DNA of 64,000 nt from Lysobacter sp. (GCA_044464395.1 JBIQLI010000001.1:94509-158508); one strand, 5' to 3'; positions 31,124 through 41,944 are shown, counted from the stretch's first letter. Numbers and translations are program-made. The notes: a model not told the origin generated them from the sequence alone.

Positions 31124-32350
31124 ATGGAACTGCGCCCCATCCTTTCCACGCTGCGCCGGCACAAGACCGCGGCCGCGTTGATCGTGCTCGAGATCGCGGT
31201 CAGCTGCGCCATCATCTGCAACGCCCTGTTCCTGATCGGCGGGCGGCTCGAGCGCATGGACCGGCCGACCGGAATGGCCGAGGACGAGATCGTCCGCATC
31301 CAGCTCACCGGCATCGGCCAGGACGAGAACGCCGCCGCCCTCACGGCAACCGACCTGGCCGCGCTGCGCGCGTTGCCAGGGGTCAAGTCGGCCAGCGCCA
31401 CCAACATGGTCCAGTTCGGCGGCAGTTCCTGGAACACAGGCGTCAACCTGAGCCCGGACCAGACCCAGATCAGCCTCAGCGCGGCGATGTACCTGGGCGA
31501 CGAGAAGCTGCCTGAAACCATGGGCCTGACCCTGGTGAAGGGCCGCACCTTCAACCCGGACGAGATGATCGATTTCGAGACGGCCAACGCACCCGGCAGC
31601 GACGTGCAGATCCCGTCCGTGATCGTCACCAGCGCCATGGCCGAAAAGCTGTGGCCCGGCGAGGATCCGCTGGGCAAGGTGATCTACGGCGGCGACGAGA
31701 ACGGCATCAAGGTCGTCGGCGTGGTCGACAAGCTCGCCCGGCCGAACGACATCGGCGGGCCGGACGCCTACTACTACTCGATGATCTACCCGATCAAGGT
31801 CCCCTACACGGTCGGCGGCAACTACCTGATCCGGGTCGATCCGGCGCGCCGCGCCGAGACCCTGAAGGCCGCCGTGGAGGTGCTCGAGCGCAACGGCCCG
31901 AACCGGATCATCCTCGACCAGCAGACGCTCGAGGAAATGCGCGCCGCCAATTACCAGTCCGACAAGGCGATGGCCTGGATGCTGGCGACCGTGTGCGTGC
32001 TGCTGCTCGTGATTACCGCGCTGGGCATCGTCGGGCTGGCCAGCTTCTGGGTCGCGCAGCGGACCAAGCAGATCGGCGTGCGCCGCGCGCTGGGCGCGAC
32101 CCGCGGCCAGATCCTGCGCTACTTCCAGACCGAGAACTTCCTGCTGGCGACGCTCGGCATCGTGATCGGCATGATGCTCGCGTTCGGCCTCAACCAGCTG
32201 ATGATGGAACGCGCCTCGCTGCCGCGCCTGCCGGCGCTGTACCTGCCGATCGGCGCGATCGTGCTATGGCTGCTCGGCCAGCTCTCGGTCCTCGGCCCCG
32301 CCCGCCGCGCCGCCGCCGTCCCCCCCGCCGTCGCCACCCGCAGCGTCTGA
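31124..32350 (+). CDS. MacB/FtsX-type ABC permease, type B (408 aa)
   Basis: Same architecture as type A. The N-terminus resembles 32443..33642 and 39426..40631 (…LRRHK…IVLEIAVSCAI…). Confidence 0.88.
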   Translation: MELRPILSTLRRHKTAAALIVLEIAVSCAIICNALFLIGGRLERMDRPTGMAEDEIVRIQLTGIGQDENAAALTATDLAALRALPGVKSASATNMVQFGGSSWNTGVNLSPDQTQISLSAAMYLGDEKLPETMGLTLVKGRTFNPDEMIDFETANAPGSDVQIPSVIVTSAMAEKLWPGEDPLGKVIYGGDENGIKVVGVVDKLARPNDIGGPDAYYYSMIYPIKVPYTVGGNYLIRVDPARRAETLKAAVEVLERNGPNRIILDQQTLEEMRAANYQSDKAMAWMLATVCVLLLVITALGIVGLASFWVAQRTKQIGVRRALGATRGQILRYFQTENFLLATLGIVIGMMLAFGLNQLMMERASLPRLPALYLPIGAIVLWLLGQLSVLGPARRAAAVPPAVATRSV

Positions 32351-32375
32351 CCAACTCCCGAAGAGAGGCCTTTCC

Positions 32376-32400
32376 CTTCTCCCCGCCCCGCGGGGAGAAG
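32376..32400. terminator. Hairpin between convergent permease genes
   Basis: CTTCTCCCC-GCCCCGC-GGGGAGAAG, followed by a second small hairpin GCCCCGAAGGGGC. Confidence 0.5.
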
Positions 32401-32442
32401 GTGCCCCGAAGGGGCGGATGAGGGGCGCTTCGGGACTTGCCC

Positions 32443-33642
32443 TCAGCCCCCTCCGACCCCCACCGCCACCACCCCCATCGCCCGCCGGATCGGCGCCAGG
32501 ATCGCAACCTGCCCCAACGCCATCATCCCCAGGGCGCCCGCCAGTGCGGGCGCCAACGGCATCGACGGCGTCCCCAGCCACCCGGTGAGCACCACGCTCA
32601 GACCGATCGCGCAGCCAAGGCCGATGGCTGCGCCCAGGCCCGTGACCAGCATGTTCTCCAGGCGGAAATACCACGCGATATCGCGACGCCGCGCCCCCAG
32701 CGCACGCCGGATCGCGATCGTCTTGCGTCGCTTTTCGATCCAGTAGCTCGACAGGCCGCCGACGCCACCCGCGACGACCAGCGCCAGGATCACGCCCACG
32801 CTGGCGAGAAGCCGGACCACGGCCTGGTCGAACGCAAAGTAGTCGGCGCGCAACTGCGCCAGGCGCGTGCCCGACCACGCGAGGCCGTGCGGCGTGGACC
32901 GGGTCACCGAGGCGATGGCTTCCTCTAGCAGGTTCGGCGACGCATCGTTGTCCGCGCGCAGGACCAGATGTGAGGCAAGCGGACCGCCCGGAGGTGCGGG
33001 AATGAACGCCACGAGCCCCGCTTGGCCGGGTTCGGAAATCGAAGGCGGCAGTACGTCCGCCGCGATGCCGACCACGGTGAACGCGCGACCGGAAATCCGG
33101 ACCTGCTGCCCTGGCACCGCCCCCAATCGCGTCGCCAGCCGCTCGGCGAGCACCACCGTATCGGCCTGTTGCAGTGGCCTGACCGAAGGCGCTGCAAAGT
33201 CCGCGGGCGCGAATCCGCGCCCGGCCAGGATGCGCGCGCCGAGCATTTCCATGAAGCCCGGGCTGCCGTTGTAGACGGCGGCGTCTTCGCTGCGCGGCAA
33301 CACGCCATCGACGCTCGATACCCGGAAATTCCCGGGGCGGCCGTCGAAGGGCAGGGCATTCACGTAGCCGGCCGCGTCAACGCCCGGCAAGGCCAGGGCG
33401 GCTTGCATTGCACGTTGGCGATCCGCGTCATCGACCTTGCCCTGCAATGCCTGTACATCGAGTACGAGCAGGCGCGCGTCGTCGATGCCGGACGGTAGTG
33501 CCTGGAGCGCGAATCGGTGGCGCACCAGGTTGATGCCATTGCCGGCAACGGCGCAGGCGATCGCGACCTGCAGCGCCAGCAGGATCACGATCGGCCAATG
33601 CCGTCGCAGCGCACGCAGGATCAGCGGCAGGTCGGTCGGCAT
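32443..33642 (-). CDS. MacB/FtsX-type ABC permease, type B (399 aa)
   Basis: MPTDLPLILRALRRHWPIVILLALQVAIACAV…, with a C-terminal FtsX 3-TM domain. Confidence 0.88.
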   Translation of the reverse strand: MPTDLPLILRALRRHWPIVILLALQVAIACAVAGNGINLVRHRFALQALPSGIDDARLLVLDVQALQGKVDDADRQRAMQAALALPGVDAAGYVNALPFDGRPGNFRVSSVDGVLPRSEDAAVYNGSPGFMEMLGARILAGRGFAPADFAAPSVRPLQQADTVVLAERLATRLGAVPGQQVRISGRAFTVVGIAADVLPPSISEPGQAGLVAFIPAPPGGPLASHLVLRADNDASPNLLEEAIASVTRSTPHGLAWSGTRLAQLRADYFAFDQAVVRLLASVGVILALVVAGGVGGLSSYWIEKRRKTIAIRRALGARRRDIAWYFRLENMLVTGLGAAIGLGCAIGLSVVLTGWLGTPSMPLAPALAGALGMMALGQVAILAPIRRAMGVVAVGVGGG

Positions 33643-33646
33643 GCGC

Positions 33647-34963
33647 TCAGTCCACCTTGACCTGGATGGCAGGCTCCACTGCGCTGGCCCGCCATGCCGG
33701 ATACATGGCCGCGGCCACGGTCGCCACTACCGATACACCCGTCGCCGCCAGGAATACGTGGGTGTCGACACTGGCGAGCTGCAGGAATCCCTTCGGCAAC
33801 CAGCCGGATACGCGGACGCCGCCGAAGGTGATCGCAAGCCCTGCCATGCTGCCCAGCAGTCCCAGCACCACGGCTTCGACCCCGAACTGGCGCAGGATGT
33901 CCTTGCGCGATGCTCCCAGTGCGCGCCGAATCCCGATTTCATGGGTCCGGCGCAGGAACATCGCCAACAGCAGCCCGGTGGCGTTCACCAGGCACAGGAG
34001 GAGGAATCCGCCGGCCAGCAACAATCCCAGGCGCACCCCACCTGGCACGTTGGCCTTGCGGCGAAGGAGTTCCCGGACGTTCTCGACCCGGAGTTCCTGG
34101 TCGGCGGCAAGCCAGCCTTCCGTGCGGCCGCGGGGCACCAGCGCAGCCAGGTCCTGTTCCAATGCCTTGCGGTCGCGGGTGCTGTCGAGCAAGGCCCACG
34201 CCTGCAGCGAGGCGCAGCGCGAGCGCGGCAAGTCCGCCGCGGAAACGTCGGGGGACACGCCGGGAGGGCAACTACGCGCCATGAACAGGTCGGTGCCCAG
34301 CGCACCGACGCTGGCCAGGGGCAGGTACAGGTTGTCCGCGGGCGCGTAGGCGCCCACGCTGAGATCGTAGAAGTGCGGTACTGGATGCCAATCGCCGGCG
34401 ACGCCGATCACGCGGAAGGTCTTGCCGGCCACCTCCAGGGTACGCCCGATCGGATCCGCACCGCCGAACAGCTGCGTGGCCAAAGGTGTGCTGACCACCG
34501 CCAACGGTTGCCCGGAAGCCTCCTCGTCCGCGGTCCAGGCGCGGCCGCGACGGAGCGGCACCTCGAATGCAGGAAAGAACGACGCGTTGGTGAACCGCAC
34601 GAGATCAGCCGTCCGCCGGCTTCCGTCCCCGGCCGCGATCCCGCCGAATCCGTAAGTCAGACCGACCCATTGGGCGCCCCTGCCTGCCTCGCGGAAGCGC
34701 GCAAATGCCGGGAAGGAAACGAAGCCGGGATCGCTGTCCGACCGAACACCAGACGCGGAGATGTGCAGCAACCGCTGGCTGCGATCGGGGATGGGGTCTC
34801 CCGCAAGTGCATGCATCAACGAATAGGCCGTCATGAAAACGCCGACGCCCGCGCCGACGATCAGCGCGGTCAGCGCGACGTACCAGGGATGCTTCCGGCA
34901 ATTGCGCCACGCCAACCCCAGGTAGTACCGGTACAGCGGCAGGCTGGATTGCACGGATGGCAT
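33647..34963 (-). CDS. MacB/FtsX-type ABC permease, type A (438 aa)
   Basis: …ALIVGAGVGVFMTAYSLMHALAGDPIPDRSQRLLHI…, with a C-terminal FtsX domain. The gap to the next permease gene is 4 nt. Confidence 0.88.
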   Translation of the reverse strand: MPSVQSSLPLYRYYLGLAWRNCRKHPWYVALTALIVGAGVGVFMTAYSLMHALAGDPIPDRSQRLLHISASGVRSDSDPGFVSFPAFARFREAGRGAQWVGLTYGFGGIAAGDGSRRTADLVRFTNASFFPAFEVPLRRGRAWTADEEASGQPLAVVSTPLATQLFGGADPIGRTLEVAGKTFRVIGVAGDWHPVPHFYDLSVGAYAPADNLYLPLASVGALGTDLFMARSCPPGVSPDVSAADLPRSRCASLQAWALLDSTRDRKALEQDLAALVPRGRTEGWLAADQELRVENVRELLRRKANVPGGVRLGLLLAGGFLLLCLVNATGLLLAMFLRRTHEIGIRRALGASRKDILRQFGVEAVVLGLLGSMAGLAITFGGVRVSGWLPKGFLQLASVDTHVFLAATGVSVVATVAAAMYPAWRASAVEPAIQVKVD

Positions 34964-34968
34964 CGCGA

Positions 34969-35466
34969 TTACTCCGCGGCGGGAGTCGACCGCATCTCGC
35001 GCGTGCCGAGGAAAACGTCACGGTATGCGACGCTTGCCTTCAGCGAGTTGAAATATCGGTCCAGTTCCTGCTGGGTCGAATCGCAGTACGGGCAGGTACC
35101 GATGCGCGCGGGGGTCACGCGGACGACGCAATAGTCGGCGCCGCAATCACGCCAGCGCGCGAAATCCACGCCTTCGTCGAAGACGCATTCGCCCAGCACC
35201 GCAACCTTGTCGGCCAGGCGGCCCTTGCTGCCAGTCTCGATCGCGAGCGCCGCGCCCGGTGAATAGCCCAGCTCGCTGCTTGCGAATTCGCCGTGTTCGA
35301 ACACGTACACCTGCGGCGTTTGCGGCTCGAGACCACACTCGCGGAACGCGTCGGGATGGATGAAGACTTCGGTGGCCTCGGCAGCGGAGGTCGTGGCGGG
35401 CTGCGGCGGCGGCGAACAGGCGGAAAGCCCGACGATGAGCAGGGCCAGGCAACGGATCGAGTGCAT
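34969..35466 (-). CDS. CPxC-motif lipoprotein of unrecognised family (paralog of 15408..15881)
   Basis: An AGGA-type SD precedes ATG 35466. Lipobox: MHSIRCLALLIVGLSA/C. It shares PQVYVF and …VVRVTPARIGTCPYCDSTQQELDRYFNS blocks with the paralog. The gap to the permease gene is 5 nt. Confidence 0.7.
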   Translation of the reverse strand: MHSIRCLALLIVGLSACSPPPQPATTSAAEATEVFIHPDAFRECGLEPQTPQVYVFEHGEFASSELGYSPGAALAIETGSKGRLADKVAVLGECVFDEGVDFARWRDCGADYCVVRVTPARIGTCPYCDSTQQELDRYFNSLKASVAYRDVFLGTREMRSTPAAE

Positions 35467-35560
35467 TTCCGATTTCCTTTCCATGGAAAGTGGAGGGGCC
35501 GGGACCAAGCGAGGTCGCCTCGGACAGGCCCCGGCGTTCCTTCGGAGGGGCGCGGAGCAA

Positions 35561-35590
35561 AATCTAGTGATAATGGGAGGGAGCGGTCAA
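35561..35590 (-). promoter_or_regulatory. Putative sigma70 promoter for the lipoprotein-permease operon
   Basis: On the minus strand: TTGACC (35590-35585), N18, TAGATT (35566-35561). Confidence 0.35.
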
Positions 35591-35605
35591 CCTGAAAGCG
35601 GTTCC

Positions 35606-36955
<1,350 letters not shown>

Positions 36956-36957
36956 CG

Positions 36958-38283
36958 ATGCGCCTGCGCCAGCGCATCCCGCTGAGCCTCCAATTCGGCG
37001 CGTTGGCGCTGCTCTACCTGCTCGCGGGCGCCACCCTGGCGGTGGTGCTGGCGCGCTGGCTTGCCCCGGTGTACGCAGCGCTGCTCGCGACCGCGTTGCT
37101 CGCCCCGCTGCTGCTGTACCACGCGCGGCAACTGTTCGCGCCGATGAACGCCCTGTTCCGCGCGCTCGCCGGCAGCGTCGCCAGCTTCCGCGACGGCGAC
37201 TTCTCCTTCAACCTCACCTGGGCCGGGCACGACGAACTGGGCGAGCTGGTCGCCAGCCACAACGCGCTGGGCGACGTGCTGCGCGAGCAGCGCCAGGGCC
37301 TGGTGCAGCGCGAACTGCTGCTGGACACCATGGTCCAGAACACGCCGGTGGCGATGGTGCTGGTGGATCCGTCGCGACGCGTGGTGCTGGCCAACCTGTC
37401 CGCGCGCAAGCTGCTCGGCGACGGGCACAAGCTGGAAGGCCTGTCGTTCGACGCAATTCTCGAAGCCACGCCGCCGGCCGTGCAGGAGGCGTTCGAACGC
37501 GGCGGCGACGGCATGTTCACCCTCGGCGAATCCGGCGAGGACGACAACGGCAACGAGGACATCTACCACCTCGCGCGGCGCCACTTCCGCCTCAACGGCC
37601 GCCGCCACGAGCTGGTGCTGCTGCGTCAGCTCACCGCCGAGCTGCGCCGGCAGGAAGTGCAGACCTGGAAGAAGGTGATCCGGGTGATCAGCCACGAACT
37701 GAACAACTCGCTGGCGCCGATCGCCTCGCTGGCCCACTCCGGCGCGGAGCTGCTGCGCCGCGGCCAGACCGAGCGCCTGCCGACCGCGCTGGCCACCATC
37801 GAGGAACGCGCCCGGCACCTGGAAGGCTTCATCCGCGACTACGCGCGCTTCGCCAAGCTGCCCGCGCCGCGGCTGCAGCCGGTGGCCTGGAACCGCTTCA
37901 TCGCCCAGCTGCGCAGCCAGGTGGAGTTCGCCGCGCAGGGCGCCATCGACGACCGCATCGGCCGCTTCGACCCGGCCCAGCTCGAGCAGGCGCTGCTCAA
38001 CCTGCTGAAGAACGCGCACGAAGCCGGCGGCGACCCGGCCGCCGTGGCCCTGCACCTGCGCCGCGCCGGCAACGGCTGGCGGATCGACGTGCTGGACCGC
38101 GGCACCGGCATGAACGAGGCCGTCCTGGCCAACGCGCTGCTGCCGTTCTATTCCACCAAGCGCCATGGCACCGGCCTGGGCCTGGCGCTGGCCCGCGAGA
38201 TCGCCGAGGCGCACGGGGGGCGGATCTCGCTGGTGAACCGGGAGGGTGGGGGGTTGAGTGTTTCGATCTTTTTGCCGGATTGA
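36958..38283 (+). CDS. Sensor histidine kinase (2 TM - HAMP - PAS - HisKA - HATPase)
   Basis: ATG lies 2 nt after the regulator stop. H-box VISHELNNSLAPI, N box LLNLLKNAHEA, G boxes DRGTGM and GTGLGLAL. Confidence 0.9.
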   Translation: MRLRQRIPLSLQFGALALLYLLAGATLAVVLARWLAPVYAALLATALLAPLLLYHARQLFAPMNALFRALAGSVASFRDGDFSFNLTWAGHDELGELVASHNALGDVLREQRQGLVQRELLLDTMVQNTPVAMVLVDPSRRVVLANLSARKLLGDGHKLEGLSFDAILEATPPAVQEAFERGGDGMFTLGESGEDDNGNEDIYHLARRHFRLNGRRHELVLLRQLTAELRRQEVQTWKKVIRVISHELNNSLAPIASLAHSGAELLRRGQTERLPTALATIEERARHLEGFIRDYARFAKLPAPRLQPVAWNRFIAQLRSQVEFAAQGAIDDRIGRFDPAQLEQALLNLLKNAHEAGGDPAAVALHLRRAGNGWRIDVLDRGTGMNEAVLANALLPFYSTKRHGTGLGLALAREIAEAHGGRISLVNREGGGLSVSIFLPD

Positions 38284-38931
38284 TCAGAGAACCGGTTCGA
38301 CCAAGTGTTCCAGCGCCTGCAGCTCGCGCGTCCCCTGATACAGCTGTCCATCCACGATGAATGCCGGGACGCTCTCGATGCCCAGGCGCTTTGCCTCCGC
38401 AATGTCGGCATCGACGGCCGCACGGCTTCCGGTGTCTTCCATGCAGGACGAAAAGGCCGCGACGTCGGGCACGCCGGACGACCGTGCCATGGGGCTGAAG
38501 TCGCCTTCCAACTCCGGCAGGTCGGCGGAAAACAGCTTGGCCTGGAAGGCCTGGCGAACGCCCTGTTGCCCGGCACATTTGGCCGCGATCGCTGCGGCGT
38601 AGGCGGCTGCATGGATTTGCGTCAGGGGGTACTCGTAACGGATCACGGACAGCCGGCCCGGGTGCCGGGCCACCAGCGTCGACAGCTTCTCGTCCAGGTC
38701 CTTGCAAAAGGGACACTGGTAGTCGGAAAAAAGGACGATCCTGGCGCCCGCCCCGTCGGGCCCCATCGCCGGAATCCGGTTGTCGGCAAGCCTTGTCCAT
38801 CCGCTTACGGGCCGTGAGCCTGGAGCCGCGGTTGGCATCAATTCACGGCGTACCGCGACAACGGTCATCACGATTGCGCAGATCACAAGCACGCCAGTGG
38901 TGGCGTTCTGCGCCAAGCGGGAAGCATTCAT
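38284..38931 (-). CDS. Membrane-anchored DsbA-family thiol:disulfide oxidoreductase
   Basis: N-terminal TM segment (GVLVICAIVMTVVAV), active site FSDYQCPFCKD, and C-terminal …GIESVPAFIVDGQLYQG (cis-Pro region). Confidence 0.85.
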   Translation of the reverse strand: MNASRLAQNATTGVLVICAIVMTVVAVRRELMPTAAPGSRPVSGWTRLADNRIPAMGPDGAGARIVLFSDYQCPFCKDLDEKLSTLVARHPGRLSVIRYEYPLTQIHAAAYAAAIAAKCAGQQGVRQAFQAKLFSADLPELEGDFSPMARSSGVPDVAAFSSCMEDTGSRAAVDADIAEAKRLGIESVPAFIVDGQLYQGTRELQALEHLVEPVL

Positions 38932-38947
38932 GGTCTCTCCATCTGGC

Positions 38948-38970
38948 GCATCCCGGCGAGGCCGGGATGC
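38948..38970 (-). terminator. 10-bp-stem hairpin between the peptide genes and the dsbA-like gene (putative attenuator)
   Basis: On the minus strand: GCATCCCGGC-CTC-GCCGGGATGC, 10 nt after the peptide stop. No T-tract follows. Confidence 0.4.
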
Positions 38971-38979
38971 GTTTTGCGA

Positions 38980-39162
38980 TCAGCGTTCCTTGCAACTGCA
39001 CCCAGACGCGCTCGCAGTGCATCCGTGGGTGCAATAGCAGGTGGTGTTCCCACCTTCGCATCGGTTGTAGAGAATCGACTGCCTTGGCGCGGCGTGCGCG
39101 GAAATGAGGCCGCACGCCAGGATCAGGGAAACCGAAACTCCGTTGACGATTTTCCGTGTCAT
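38980..39162 (-). CDS. Small secreted 6-Cys peptide, family 2, copy 2 (precursor 60 aa)
   Basis: GGAGA lies 6 nt upstream of ATG 39162. Sequence: MTRKIVNGVSVSLILACGLISAHA/APRQSILYNRCEGGNTTCYCTHGCTASASGCSCKER. Confidence 0.6.
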   Translation of the reverse strand: MTRKIVNGVSVSLILACGLISAHAAPRQSILYNRCEGGNTTCYCTHGCTASASGCSCKER

Positions 39163-39184
39163 GGGCTGTCTCCGGGTTTCCTGG

Positions 39185-39370
39185 TTACGCACAAGTGCAG
39201 GAGGTTTCATCGGCCGAGCAGCCGCCTTTGCATTCGCACTTGCCCTTGCCATCGGTGCTTTCGCATTTCGCCTTGAGCAGGGAGGCGCCCATGTGGGGGG
39301 TCGCAAAGGCGGCGGTGGCGCCCAGGCAGATGATCGAAATCGCGATCAGGTTCACCATTTTCCTTGGCAT
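39185..39370 (-). CDS. Small secreted 6-Cys peptide, family 2, copy 1 (precursor 61 aa)
   Basis: AAGGAGA lies 6 nt upstream of ATG 39370. Sequence: MPRKMVNLIAISIICLGATAAFA/TPHMGASLLKAKCESTDGKGKCECKGGCSADETSCTCA. Confidence 0.6.
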   Translation of the reverse strand: MPRKMVNLIAISIICLGATAAFATPHMGASLLKAKCESTDGKGKCECKGGCSADETSCTCA

Positions 39371-39425
39371 GCAGGATCTCCTTTCAGGTTGTTGCGGGAC
39401 AATCGTCCGCTTGTCGGCGGACGGG

Positions 39426-40631
39426 CTAACGCCTCTTGACGGCTTGTGCAGGGTCGATCGCGGTCGCCTTGAGTGAAGGCCCCAGGCTTGAGAGCTGCAC
39501 GACAAAAACAATGAGAAGTGCACACATCGCGACGGAAGACGGCGCCAATGCTTGTACTTCCAGGACCTTCATCAGTACGCGATGCAAGGCCAGCGCCGCG
39601 GGTGCGCCGAGAAGGATGGAGATGATCGCGAGCGCGGCGCTTTCGGCCTGGAATCCCAGGATGATCCTGGATTTCGTGGCGCCCAGTGCCCTTCGTATCG
39701 CGATCGAGCGGCGCGACCGCCTGACGCGGAACGTGGCCAGTCCGCCGATCCCGATGGCAGTCACCAGCAGGAGGGATAGCGTGGCTCCAAGCAGCAAGGT
39801 GGACTTTTCGACATCCCGTTTGAAAAACGCAGAGCGGGATTCCGCGAAGGTCCTGGCTTTTGCGCCGCCGGCAAATGCGGAAAGCCGCTCCTCCATCGCC
39901 CGCATGGTCCGTCCCCGAAGTGGCCCCATCGTCCGGAATAGAAGCACTCCGCGGTCAACAGACGGCACTTCGGGCAGCAGCATCGAATAGTGATTGACGC
40001 TTCCGGCGCCTTGGACGGGGTGTGGGCGCAGCAGTCGCTTGACGACCCCGACCACTCGCAGCGATGCGCCGGAGTCGGTGAACACCAGGCGTCCGGTCGC
40101 ATCTGGTGTACCGAACAGTTGTCGAGCCAGGGATTCGGTGAGGATCGTTGCGGCTGGACCCGCTGCGCCCTCCGATCCCTGTTCGACGTACTCGTTGGGA
40201 AGGAAGTCCCGCCCTGCCACGAGCTCCAGGCCCATGGTTCCGATGGCGCCAGGTCCGCCCTCGAATTGGCTGACCGATATGCCGAGGGCCTGGTCATCGG
40301 TACCGGGTCCTGGAAAGATCGAGCCCACCAGATCGGAACCAAATGGCAGGGCGCGAACCCACGCCGCGGAGGCAACCCCGGGGACCGACCTGGCTTGCAG
40401 GATCGCTTCCCCGGAAGTAAAGCCTTGTCGTCCCGTGCCGAAGTCCTCGAGCTCCACGATGCCCACCACGCCCTCCCCGATGCCGCTGGGCTCGCTCATC
40501 AGCGAAAAGCTGCTGGCAACGACGCTCAGCACATTGGCCGCAACCGCGAAGGTCAGCGCGAGTTCCAGGACCAGCATGGCAGTCGTCAATTTGCCGGCGA
40601 GCAGTGCCTGGACGATGGGATGGCGGCGCAT
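39426..40631 (-). CDS. MacB/FtsX-type ABC permease, type B (401 aa)
   Basis: ATG 40631 lies 2 nt after the upstream permease stop. MRRHPIVQALLAGKLTTAMLVLELALTFAVA…, with a C-terminal FtsX domain. Confidence 0.85.
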   Translation of the reverse strand: MRRHPIVQALLAGKLTTAMLVLELALTFAVAANVLSVVASSFSLMSEPSGIGEGVVGIVELEDFGTGRQGFTSGEAILQARSVPGVASAAWVRALPFGSDLVGSIFPGPGTDDQALGISVSQFEGGPGAIGTMGLELVAGRDFLPNEYVEQGSEGAAGPAATILTESLARQLFGTPDATGRLVFTDSGASLRVVGVVKRLLRPHPVQGAGSVNHYSMLLPEVPSVDRGVLLFRTMGPLRGRTMRAMEERLSAFAGGAKARTFAESRSAFFKRDVEKSTLLLGATLSLLLVTAIGIGGLATFRVRRSRRSIAIRRALGATKSRIILGFQAESAALAIISILLGAPAALALHRVLMKVLEVQALAPSSVAMCALLIVFVVQLSSLGPSLKATAIDPAQAVKRR

Positions 40632-40633
40632 GC

Positions 40634-41944
40634 TCAAAGATCCTTCAACCGCACGGCCGGATCGACCCTGCACGAATTCCACGCAGGCACAGACGCCGCG
40701 CTGATCGAGGCAAGTACGGCGAGCACCAGCGTGGATGCGATCGTGACGCCATCCAGCCTCGCGAAGGGGGACAAATCGCCGTCGGCTTGTCGCACCAGCC
40801 AAAGACCCGCACTGGAGGCAGCGGCGGCTAGCAGCGCCGCTCCCGCCCCAATGGCAAGGCCCTCAAGGCAGTGTTCGACGAAGATCTGCTTCCGGCTGGC
40901 GCCCAACGCACGACGCAGCCCGACTTCGGCGCCTCGGGACTCGAACTTCGCCAGCATGAGGCCGCAGGCATTGAGGATGCAGACGGCCAGGAAGACAAAG
41001 GCGAGCATCAGCTTGACCCTGAGGCCGTCCGAAATGACATCCACCTGGGCAAGTCTTTGGCGGACATTCAACAGCGGTGCGTCGTCGGGTATCCGGACGC
41101 TGCGGCCGAGGTGCCGCTGCGCTTCGACGTAGCGTGCGAGAAAGTCGCTGTAGCGGGGCACCTCGCCCGGCGCCAGCTGGACCCAGAACTGGAGCCAGGT
41201 GCATTGGTCGCCGGTCTTCGATCCCGGCCCCCAGCAGGCCATGTTGCCGATGGTTCGCATGTCCAGGTCGAGTGCGGTCGTCAACGGAAGGAAGAACTGG
41301 TCCTCCACGCCGAACATCGCGTTTCCGGAAGAGGCATAGAAAAGCGGGCGCGGTGCCCAATCCGCAGCCACGCCGATCACGGTGAACTGCGTGTCATCGA
41401 GCGCCAGGGTATGCCCGACCACGTCGGTGGACCCGAACAGCCTCACTGAGAGGGCCCTCCCGAGCACGACCACGCGCCTGCGAGAAGCATCGTCCACGCG
41501 CGACCAGCCTGATCCGGACACAAATGGAACGCCAAACATGCTGAAGAATCCGGCGCTCGTGAATCGCCCGCTTGCGTGCACGCGCTTTCTCGCCTTTCCG
41601 TTGTCCAGGACGACAGTCGCCCTCCCCGCGGACATCGCAGCCTGGTGGGTTGCCTCGTCCGCCTGCAGCAGATTGCGGGCATCGATCCAGGTGAAGCCTT
41701 CCGTGGGATCGAGGCCGGTCTCGTTTGCGAATCCGGCGGGCGATGCATCCAGGTGGGGATAGAACAGCTGCTGGCTACGGCCCGGCAATGGATCTCCGGA
41801 GATCCCGTGAAGGATCGCCACCATCGCCATGCTTGCGGCCGTCCCCAGGCCGATGGTCAGAACGGCCAACGCGGTGACCCAGCCATCGCGCCTGAGGGCA
41901 CGCAACGTCATGCCGCCGATATGGAGAGGCAGGCCGCGGCTCAT
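40634..41944 (-). CDS. MacB/FtsX-type ABC permease, type A (436 aa)
   Basis: …ILHGISGDPLPGRSQQLFYPHLD…. ATGA overlap with the ATPase gene. Confidence 0.88.
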   Translation of the reverse strand: MSRGLPLHIGGMTLRALRRDGWVTALAVLTIGLGTAASMAMVAILHGISGDPLPGRSQQLFYPHLDASPAGFANETGLDPTEGFTWIDARNLLQADEATHQAAMSAGRATVVLDNGKARKRVHASGRFTSAGFFSMFGVPFVSGSGWSRVDDASRRRVVVLGRALSVRLFGSTDVVGHTLALDDTQFTVIGVAADWAPRPLFYASSGNAMFGVEDQFFLPLTTALDLDMRTIGNMACWGPGSKTGDQCTWLQFWVQLAPGEVPRYSDFLARYVEAQRHLGRSVRIPDDAPLLNVRQRLAQVDVISDGLRVKLMLAFVFLAVCILNACGLMLAKFESRGAEVGLRRALGASRKQIFVEHCLEGLAIGAGAALLAAAASSAGLWLVRQADGDLSPFARLDGVTIASTLVLAVLASISAASVPAWNSCRVDPAVRLKDL

